Shown here in pieces: positions 56,888 through 64,000 of a DNA stretch of 64,000 bases (the first letter of the stretch is position 1; each line of letters opens with the position of its first letter). This stretch comes from a virus, in IMG/VR virus record IMGVR_UViG_3300048014_000057, positions 64,001 through 128,000 of that record; one strand, written 5' to 3'. The notes under the pieces were generated by a model, which was not told the DNA's origin, did no database searches, and saw only the letters and a program-made list of their open reading frames with translations. The position numbers were made by a program, and so were the translations under genes.

Positions 56888-56920
56888 TTAAAATCCTTTT
56901 TATATATTTATTCAAAACAC

Positions 56921-56954
56921 AAAAAAAAGGACTATCAATTAAGATAGTCCTTTT
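56921..56954 (-). terminator. Rho-independent terminator
   Basis: ggactatc/gatagtcc stem followed by T8 on the minus strand. Confidence 0.8.
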
Positions 56955-56979
56955 AAAATAAAGTTTTTACTTTTATTTA

Positions 56980-57468
56980 TTATTCTGTTTTTTCTTCTTT
57001 TTCTATTTCATCTTTCTCACATTCTACATCAATAAGTTTTACTTCCCAAAATTCATCTCTTTTCAGAAGAAAATTATATAAACATTTTGCATCTTTTTCT
57101 GTTTCTACCTCATAATATTCATTCCCAGAAGAAGTTTTGAAAAGAATATAATATTCATTATATTTTGCTAGTTCTTCATTATTACTTACATTTATATTTT
57201 CTGTATTAAGATTTTCTAGATAATCAACAGAAACATATTTTTTATTTATTGCTTTTCTGATTAATTCCTCAAAATATGAATAATTAATAATTGTATTTTT
57301 ATCTTGATATGCGTTTATAATTTCCTTACAATCTTCTAGATTAAAACCAGTTTGACTTTTCATTTCTCTGACTTGACCAATTAAATTAGGAAAATCTGTA
57401 GTTACATTTACAACTATATCCTTAACACGTTCGATAAGAGCGTTTAACATTTGATATGCCATAATCAT
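56980..57468 (-). CDS. Hypothetical protein with an EF-Ts/L7-L12-like helical motif
   Basis: SD AAGGAG; VREMKSQTGFNLEDCKEII. Confidence 0.6.
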   Translation of the reverse strand: MIMAYQMLNALIERVKDIVVNVTTDFPNLIGQVREMKSQTGFNLEDCKEIINAYQDKNTIINYSYFEELIRKAINKKYVSVDYLENLNTENINVSNNEELAKYNEYYILFKTSSGNEYYEVETEKDAKCLYNFLLKRDEFWEVKLIDVECEKDEIEKEEKTE

Positions 57469-57522
57469 TTTTTACTCTCCTTTTATTCGAGGATTTCAAT
57501 ATAGGAAATATTTTTTAGAATG

Positions 57523-58062
57523 TCAAGCAGAAAATAACAAAGAAAAAACTGAATCACTCCGATCAGTAAATATTTCTCTATCATTTAAACCATTTAAACC
57601 ACCATTAATTTTTCGCGTAATACCTTCGATATCATCATTATCTGCAAGTGCATTAAGATTATGTGATTTCCAATATTCACATGCTGTTCTAACCGCAATT
57701 TCAGGAGAAGCAGCCAAAGAAGGATTGCTAACTAAATCAATACCAAGAATTTTTGACATGGAAGTATAATTAGTACGTCCTGTTAATTGAAAAATTCCTC
57801 TTCCTTTAAATCTAGGACCATCACCTTCTTCTGTATTACCTAAATCTCGTCTACCTTCATATTCATTTCCTGAAGCATATTCTACTAATGTTTTAAATCC
57901 AGCAGATTCCTCTGCGGCCTGTCCATAAAAATGATCTAGGCGAAGAAGTGTATTAATTTCATATAAAGGTAAATATTTATTTAAAAATGGGATTAAATCT
58001 GAAACTATTTGATGATTAGCTTGTGGAGCAATTTTTAATAACATTTCTTCTGTGATATTCAT
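57523..58062 (-). CDS. GH19 (chitinase-like) endolysin
   Basis: Y.INT.LR..HF.GQ..EES, GR.DLGN...GDG.RFKGRG.FQLTGR.NY, ITRKINGG.NGL.DR. Confidence 0.9.
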   Translation of the reverse strand: MNITEEMLLKIAPQANHQIVSDLIPFLNKYLPLYEINTLLRLDHFYGQAAEESAGFKTLVEYASGNEYEGRRDLGNTEEGDGPRFKGRGIFQLTGRTNYTSMSKILGIDLVSNPSLAASPEIAVRTACEYWKSHNLNALADNDDIEGITRKINGGLNGLNDREIFTDRSDSVFSLLFSA

Positions 58063-58114
58063 TTTTCTTCCTTTTTAACTTGACATGAAATTAATTTTAT
58101 GTTAGTATTTATTT

Positions 58115-58438
58115 ATGCAAAGGAGATTTGTCATGAAAATTCTTGTAATATTCTTTTATATGTTTGTTATTATTTCTTGTAATGCATCGGAAATAGATGA
58201 TGCTACTCAAAATTTATATAATTGGGGAATAACTCATCAAGAAGAATTAAATAAATTTTTTCGAGATCATCCTTCTGAAACATCATATTTTCGATGGATT
58301 TATATTGGACATAACAAATATACAATGGTATTTCCTGCCCCTTCACGAGGATTAAAAGAAGGTTGTTTTGAGACTGCCCAAGGATGGGAAAAAGGTTATA
58401 TGCCGGGAGATATGCATGTCAATGATAATTGTTCATAA
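58115..58438 (+). CDS. Secreted or lipoprotein-like hypothetical protein
   Basis: Signal-like N-terminus from ATG 58133 (SD AAGGAG); own TTGACA-17-TAGTAT promoter; opposite strand to its neighbours. Confidence 0.6.
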   Translation: MQRRFVMKILVIFFYMFVIISCNASEIDDATQNLYNWGITHQEELNKFFRDHPSETSYFRWIYIGHNKYTMVFPAPSRGLKEGCFETAQGWEKGYMPGDMHVNDNCS

Positions 58439-58444
58439 AAAAAT

Positions 58445-59167
58445 TTAAAATGAAAAATTCATAAATGGAGCGGAATATCCAGAACTCGGAGTGTAAATTA
58501 ATTCAATAGCTCCTTGTGCTCCATTCCCTCCTAAACCTCCATATCCATCCGAACTGCCTCCACCACCACCATAGTTAGACCCAGGATATCCACTTCCGGA
58601 AGTGCCTCCTCCACCACCAGCACCACCTATACCTCCTCCACCACCAGCACCACCATTATTAAAAAATGCTGATCCCCCATTTCCATTAATATCACCTCCA
58701 CCTCCACCTCCACCTCCATTTCCATCTCCATCTCCACCTCCATAACTAGGAAAATTATTAGATTGACCACCAGCACCACCATTATGTGTTAATCCAGTTC
58801 CTCCCGCCGAATTTCCACCAAAAAAAGAAGAAGTATTTCCAGGATTAATTCCACCATTTGCAGTAAGAGTTATTGATCCTGTAAACGATGTAGTTCCACC
58901 AGGATTAGGAAATTGTCCAATATATATACCAGTACCATTAGATTGAGTACCACCAGCACCAATTGAAATTGTTACAGTATTAGGATTAAATGTATTAGAT
59001 ATACCGAGGGAAAATCCACCACCACCACCACCATAACCATTTCCTTTTCCGCTAGAATTATATCCCCAAGCACCTGCGCCCGCACCATAAACTAATACAT
59101 TGGCATAACCAGGAAAACCAGATAAAGCAGGAAGAGAAGTACCAGAAGTAATTGTTACACTAGTCAT
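58445..59167 (-). CDS. Glycine-rich tail-fibre-associated protein
   Basis: GAGG/GGGGG runs; follows the tail fibre genes. Confidence 0.7.
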   Translation of the reverse strand: MTSVTITSGTSLPALSGFPGYANVLVYGAGAGAWGYNSSGKGNGYGGGGGGFSLGISNTFNPNTVTISIGAGGTQSNGTGIYIGQFPNPGGTTSFTGSITLTANGGINPGNTSSFFGGNSAGGTGLTHNGGAGGQSNNFPSYGGGDGDGNGGGGGGGGDINGNGGSAFFNNGGAGGGGGIGGAGGGGGTSGSGYPGSNYGGGGGSSDGYGGLGGNGAQGAIELIYTPSSGYSAPFMNFSF

Positions 59168-59565
59168 TCTACTAAATCTCCATTTTTATATTTCCATCCT
59201 ATTTTTGCAGTTGGATGTTGTATTATTTTATGATTCTTTCCAAGATGATCACCAGAATCTCCACATGATAAATCTGCTTCAATTATGTTTATAACATTTC
59301 CGTTATGATCAACATGAGCATGTCTTGTTTCGTGTAATTCAGGAATTTTTAAATTTATTTTTTTTGATATAAATTCTTGTAATTTTATGAAATTTTTTTC
59401 ATATTCTTGGTGAGTTAAATATAAAAATCCTTCTCCATCATGTTTATTATTTTCATGTTCTTTATATTCAGAATTATTATCTGCATCAATAATTCTTCTT
59501 ATTTTTCCTGTTTTTTTAGAATATATAATTAAAATTTTATTAACATTTCTTCTAGAATTATTCAT
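59164..59565 (-). CDS. Putative tail fibre accessory protein
   Basis: A.V...GNVINIIEAD...IGW.Y motif; position between the fibre and Gly-rich genes. Confidence 0.55.
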   Translation of the reverse strand: MNNSRRNVNKILIIYSKKTGKIRRIIDADNNSEYKEHENNKHDGEGFLYLTHQEYEKNFIKLQEFISKKINLKIPELHETRHAHVDHNGNVINIIEADLSCGDSGDHLGKNHKIIQHPTAKIGWKYKNGDLVE

Positions 59566-59607
59566 TTTTTTTCTCTTTTTTTATTATTTTACAGAAAAGT
59601 GTATGTT

Positions 59608-62094
59608 TTAAATATTTCCGTCACAAATTGTTAGAGAAGTATTAACAATGAATATAGATACAGAACCATATTGATTTATTACATTATAATTTCCTGTTCT
59701 TGATCCTAATGTCATTCCAGCCGAATTAGTGAAATTAACATTTCCAGAACCTAATCTTGTTACTAATAATCTAGAATTATTTGGCATTGTATTAGGAATA
59801 TTAATATAAACATTACTAGAAGAATTTACAAGAATAATAGAGCCTGAATCTGTATTAGAAAGACTATAATTTGCAGAAATTGTATTCGATTGCATATAAA
59901 GAGATTGTACATAAGAATTTACACTTACATAACCATTAGCAATAATATTATTATTTACAGTAATAGTACCACCAAATTGAACCCCCGCACCAGTCTGATC
60001 TATATTAACAAAACCAGTTGCTAAATTTAATATATAGGGTCTTAGAGAACTCCATGTTCCGGTAGAATTTCCCGATGCAGTTATCATTTCATAATAATTA
60101 CTTCCGTCATTTCTAAAAATAATACCATAATTTCCATAAATTGCTCTAAATTGTCCACCACCACTATCAAAACTAGTAGAAACTATTCCTCCATTACCAT
60201 TAATTTGTCCAACAGAATTTATATATGAAGAAGAATTAATTGTTGTTCCGTTAAAAACACCCGTAAAAACTGTTGCATTAGCATAATAAGAAGAGTTATG
60301 TCCTCCGAAATTTGTTGAATTATTTGAAGTAAGAGTAGCAACATTTCCTGATAATCCGGCCGTAGTTTGATAGGATGATAAATTAGACTGTAATTGTGCA
60401 TTGGAAACAACATTAGCAACACTAACCGTACCTACATAATTTGTATTATTAGAGGTTAAAGTAGCAACATTAGCAGATAAAGTTGAATTTAATTGATAGG
60501 AAGAAGCAATTGTACCACCTAAATAACTTGAATTATTTGAAGTAAGAGTAGCAACATTAGCAGATAAAGTTGAATTTAATTGATAGGATAATAAATTAGA
60601 TTGTAATTGTGTATTGGAAACAACATTAGCAACACTAACCGTACCTACATAATTTGTATTATTAGAAGTAAGAGTAGCAACATTAGCAGATAATCCGGCT
60701 GTAGTTTGATAATTGGAAAGATTAGAGGTTAATTGAGAAGTATTAACTAAATTAACTATATTTGCCTGTAATTGTGCATTGGAAACAACATTAGCAATAC
60801 TAACCGTACCTACATAATTTGTATTATTAGAGGTTAAAGTAGCAACATTTCCTGATAATCCGGCTGTAGTTTGATAGGATGATAAATTAGATTGTAATTG
60901 TGCATTGGAAACAACATTGGCAACAGATACAGAACCTACATAATTTGTATTATTAGAAGTTCCTGTAAATATTGTAGAATTAACACTAGAATTAACGGTA
61001 GAATTACCAATATTTAAAGAATTTGCAGTAATAGAAGAAAAATTACCTATCCATCTATAAGTAGAATTACCTACTAAATATGAATTATCTATAGAAGGAA
61101 TAAAATTTCCATTAGAAACTTGTGTATTAGAATAAGTAATATTTCCTGAAACTGTTAGACTTCCTAAGACTGTTATATTCGAAACCACATTTATAAATCC
61201 TGTAGTAATTGAAGAAGAATTTATAAATGTGTTAACTGTAGAATTGCCCAAAGAAATAACAGAAGTATTGACTAAAACATTAGAACCAATAGAGATATTT
61301 GATGAAAAAACCGGATTTGTTACATTAGCAAATGAGGAAGAAGGTAAACCATTAAAATAAGTTGAATTATTGGAAGTTCCTGTAAATACTGTGGAATTAA
61401 CTATGGAATTAACTGTGGAATTGCCTATAAAAAATAAAGAATTATTGACAATAGTATTTCCTACAATTATAGTAGAAGTATTGACTAAAACATTAGAACC
61501 AATAGAGATATTTGATGAAAAAACCGGATTTGTTACATTGGCATAATAAGAAGATAATTGTCCATTAAAATAAGTCGAATTATTGGAAGTTCCTGTAAAT
61601 ACTGTGGAATTAACTGTAGAATTAACTGTGGAATTTCCAAAATATATTAGAGAAGAATTTACAACAGTATTTCCTGTATTTAAAGAAATTGTATTAATAT
61701 TTCCATTGACAATCATATTATTAGAAAAATTTGTATTACCAATAATAGAAGATGTATTAATTATTAAATTATTCGTAGAAATATTAAATGTACTTTTTGA
61801 AGAATTCGCATAAATTCCACCAAGTGAATATAATCCAATATTAAAAAATGTATTGGAACCTACATAAAGATTAGCAGCAGCATTAATAGTTCCGCCTTGA
61901 ATTGTATTTCCAACGGCTAAAACAACAGAACCAAAATAACCATTAACAAAAGAATTTCCTGTAGTTAAGGAACCATTAGAAGTTGCATCGGAGGTAACAG
62001 TATTTGATGAAATAATATTAGCAATTTGATTGCTTCTTGTTAACCAAGTTCCAAAATATTGACTGTTTGAAATTTGGCTAACTGTAATAGACAT
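59608..62094 (-). CDS. Tail fibre protein with internal repeats
   Basis: S/N/T/V-rich; F..W...SN N-terminus; FRAI.GNYG..FRNDG..Y module; C-terminal L...D.G, GNI cap. Confidence 0.8.
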   Translation of the reverse strand: MSITVSQISNSQYFGTWLTRSNQIANIISSNTVTSDATSNGSLTTGNSFVNGYFGSVVLAVGNTIQGGTINAAANLYVGSNTFFNIGLYSLGGIYANSSKSTFNISTNNLIINTSSIIGNTNFSNNMIVNGNINTISLNTGNTVVNSSLIYFGNSTVNSTVNSTVFTGTSNNSTYFNGQLSSYYANVTNPVFSSNISIGSNVLVNTSTIIVGNTIVNNSLFFIGNSTVNSIVNSTVFTGTSNNSTYFNGLPSSSFANVTNPVFSSNISIGSNVLVNTSVISLGNSTVNTFINSSSITTGFINVVSNITVLGSLTVSGNITYSNTQVSNGNFIPSIDNSYLVGNSTYRWIGNFSSITANSLNIGNSTVNSSVNSTIFTGTSNNTNYVGSVSVANVVSNAQLQSNLSSYQTTAGLSGNVATLTSNNTNYVGTVSIANVVSNAQLQANIVNLVNTSQLTSNLSNYQTTAGLSANVATLTSNNTNYVGTVSVANVVSNTQLQSNLLSYQLNSTLSANVATLTSNNSSYLGGTIASSYQLNSTLSANVATLTSNNTNYVGTVSVANVVSNAQLQSNLSSYQTTAGLSGNVATLTSNNSTNFGGHNSSYYANATVFTGVFNGTTINSSSYINSVGQINGNGGIVSTSFDSGGGQFRAIYGNYGIIFRNDGSNYYEMITASGNSTGTWSSLRPYILNLATGFVNIDQTGAGVQFGGTITVNNNIIANGYVSVNSYVQSLYMQSNTISANYSLSNTDSGSIILVNSSSNVYINIPNTMPNNSRLLVTRLGSGNVNFTNSAGMTLGSRTGNYNVINQYGSVSIFIVNTSLTICDGNI
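60325..60965 (-). repeat. Imperfect repeats of about 42 aa (SNNTNYVG.VSVANVVSNAQLQSNL..YQ..AGLS.NVATLT)
   Basis: Four near-complete units plus partial units, near-identical at DNA level. Confidence 0.85.
61261..61635 (-). repeat. 213-bp-period duplication in the tail fibre
   Basis: agaagtattgactaaaacattagaaccaatagagatatttgatg occurs at 61261 and 61474. Confidence 0.85.
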
Positions 62095-62111
62095 TCATTA
62101 TCCTTTTTTAA

Positions 62112-62333
62112 TTATTTATTTAATATTTTTTTTAATAAATTTTTAATTTCTAATATATCTGATTTCACGTCATCAAATTCTTCTACCATTTTATTTACTC
62201 GAAATCTGTAATCTCTTTCTTTTTTATATGCATTTAATTTTTCTATATCTTTATTTAAAATAGCCTGAGTGTTCATATCTCTTATTAAAGATGGATTTTT
62301 TTCAACCTGATAAAATCTCGGGGTATTTCTCAT
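62112..62333 (-). CDS. Conserved small T4-like protein
   Basis: VE....L.RD....AILN.D, ...KSDI.EIK.LL. Confidence 0.7.
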   Translation of the reverse strand: MRNTPRFYQVEKNPSLIRDMNTQAILNKDIEKLNAYKKERDYRFRVNKMVEEFDDVKSDILEIKNLLKKILNK

Positions 62334-62345
62334 TTATTTCCTTAA

Positions 62346-64000
62346 TTATGTCAAAGTTGAAATAGCAACATAATCCGTTAATAGCGGAACTAAATAACTT
62401 CCTGCATTTGATAATAATACTAATTTTATAGCAAAAGTATCATATCCAACAAATAAAGCACCGGAATTAGAAGTATATTGTACCATACCATTAGAATTTA
62501 AATAAGCTGTATTAAGATATGAATTACCAGAAGGAAGAGAGTTAGCAAAATTAAATATATATTGATTAAAATCTTGATTATTAATTTTACTTGATCTTGT
62601 AATATTTGTAGTGTACATCGGAGTCCAAGATTTATTGATAAATGGATCAGAATCGTATTGATTTTGAATTTTAGCATAACAATAAATTGAAGTATTTGGA
62701 GGATAATAAGCACCAACATAAACTGTCATATCTTCTGCATCCATACCAGAAACCAAAGTAACAGTTTGGGAAATATATTTGTTTATAGCATTTCCTGAAT
62801 TTGTTATTTCAGAAAGAAAAACATCATTATTGGAATCTTCTCCATTTATTAAATTCTGAATACAAACAACAGCACTTTTAACTATATTAATAGCAGGAGA
62901 AAGATAATAAGAATTTGTAGTCATGTTTCCATATACAAATAATGATTTATTTCCAGAATTATATTTCATTTCATTAGATTTAGACATAACTACTCTTTCT
63001 TTATCTATAAAATCTGTTGATTTTCCAAATGTAAGATAAGTTTGATTTATATCAGATATATAAGAATTATAAGAATTTGAGACCCCCAACATTGAAAAAT
63101 TAAGAGTAGTTACAGAAGGAATGGAAGTTGCAAATTTAGGCATTATAGTATCATAAGGAATATCATTAAGAGTAGTAATAGTAGCAGAAGCGCCAGAAAG
63201 AGAACCAATAATTAATCCATTATTAGTAGAAAGATAAACAGAAGAATTAGAAGTAGAATTTTGTACTGTTAATATTGTATTATTAACAGATTTAATTAAT
63301 CCAGTAAGTCCTCCGTTAGATGTAAGAATACCCATAGAACAATTATTATCAGTAAATATTGGTACTGTATTAATAACAAATGAACCAACAGAATTTGAAT
63401 TTACGTTAGCAATCATACAATAATTATTTGTATTAGAAAATAGATAAATTTTTGTATTGGCTGCTAATCCAGTTGTATTTCCATTAATTGTAGTTGAAGT
63501 ATTAGAAACTGAAATATTTCCTGTTTGAAGAACTGTATTAGAATAATAAACAGCCTCTCCTAATTGAAAAATTCTTGAAGTATTGGCAATTGAAAGATAT
63601 TCAGTATCATCATTAGTAAAAGTAGCAATACCCTGAGTAACAGTAAAATCTGCTATATAAAGATTAAATTTAATAGCTTCATTTTGATATGCAGTCCAAG
63701 TAGAATTTTGTGAGGAAAGAAACATATCCCCAATAAATGAAAGAGAATAGATTGGAGCATTAGTAAGAACATCTGTTCCTGAAATTACACCTGTCCATAA
63801 ATCATAATTAGGATTTGCTCCATCAGGAATAACAACAAAACAATAATCTGTTCCACTTTCTAAAAATACGGGTTCTGGAAATACAATATTTGTTACTGCC
63901 GAAGCATTCCCAGAAGTTAAAATTTGAGAAGGAATAAGATGAATTTGTGATCCTACTTGAATATTTATACCTGGATAACCATTAACCATATCTCTTATCT
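62346..64000 (-). CDS. Large virion structural protein (DUF4815/VrlC-like), 5' partial
   Basis: IRDMVNGYP, F..PVFL....YCFV, MFLS..STWTA.Q.E..KF, KYISQ.V.L, FAIKLVL; frame open to the window edge. Confidence 0.8.
   Translation of the reverse strand, partial: IRDMVNGYPGINIQVGSQIHLIPSQILTSGNASAVTNIVFPEPVFLESGTDYCFVVIPDGANPNYDLWTGVISGTDVLTNAPIYSLSFIGDMFLSSQNSTWTAYQNEAIKFNLYIADFTVTQGIATFTNDDTEYLSIANTSRIFQLGEAVYYSNTVLQTGNISVSNTSTTINGNTTGLAANTKIYLFSNTNNYCMIANVNSNSVGSFVINTVPIFTDNNCSMGILTSNGGLTGLIKSVNNTILTVQNSTSNSSVYLSTNNGLIIGSLSGASATITTLNDIPYDTIMPKFATSIPSVTTLNFSMLGVSNSYNSYISDINQTYLTFGKSTDFIDKERVVMSKSNEMKYNSGNKSLFVYGNMTTNSYYLSPAINIVKSAVVCIQNLINGEDSNNDVFLSEITNSGNAINKYISQTVTLVSGMDAEDMTVYVGAYYPPNTSIYCYAKIQNQYDSDPFINKSWTPMYTTNITRSSKINNQDFNQYIFNFANSLPSGNSYLNTAYLNSNGMVQYTSNSGALFVGYDTFAIKLVLLSNAGSYLVPLLTDYVAISTLT

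Noticed and set aside
59608-62094. Diversity-generating retroelement template/variable repeats in the tail fibre
   Set aside because: The repeats are in-frame coding units without adenine-specific mismatches, and there is no reverse transcriptase in the window.
1716-62719. Short alternative-frame or antisense ORFs in the track (for example 1716, 3158, 10018, 14017, 15014, 21811, 27260, 36617, 46193, 53223, 61583, 62498)
   Set aside because: They lie within well-supported genes, lack an SD or motifs, and are expected shadows in AT-rich DNA. ORF 15014 is the antisense of the interrupted SLOG gene.
1-64000. Genome-wide stop-codon reassignment (code 15 or code 4)
   Set aside because: TAA, TAG and TGA all end conserved genes at the expected positions (for example rnlA with TAG, gp32 with TGA, most genes with TAA), and core genes are full length in code 11.

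Overview
A 64-kb segment of a very AT-rich, T4-like (Tevenvirinae-related) myovirus genome. It carries core replication, recombination and late-transcription genes (gp46, gp47, gp55, uvsW, uvsY, gp33, gp32, gp61, gp41, gp45, gp44, gp62, regA) and morphogenesis genes (gp3, gp2, gp54-like, gp26/gp51-like, gp13-15, tail fibre, large virion proteins). It also has nucleotide-metabolism genes (class II RNR, ThyX, Tmk, dCMP deaminase, glutaredoxin, MazG, NUDIX), dispersed lysis genes and six tRNA or tRNA-like genes. Several accessory genes point, weakly, to an alphaproteobacterial host. The main observations are: (1) three atypical inteins, including a naturally split intein in NrdJ whose halves lie in frame 24 nt apart with no homing endonuclease between them; (2) a tRNA-Tyr with an AUA anticodon, together with two otherwise intact conserved genes each broken by one in-frame TAA, a possible ochre read-through system that also sits with other odd tRNAs and several ATA/ATT starts; (3) a PlcP-like phospholipase plus GT2 glycosyltransferase pair, a candidate phage lipid-remodelling and phosphate-scavenging module; (4) a MotA/ExbB-like three-gene membrane module behind a late-promoter-like motif; (5) a probable -1 frameshift fusing gp26 to a gp51-like ORF; (6) an SD-sequestering hairpin with a late promoter in its loop ahead of the spanin genes. 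All family calls come from motif recognition by eye, without database searches.
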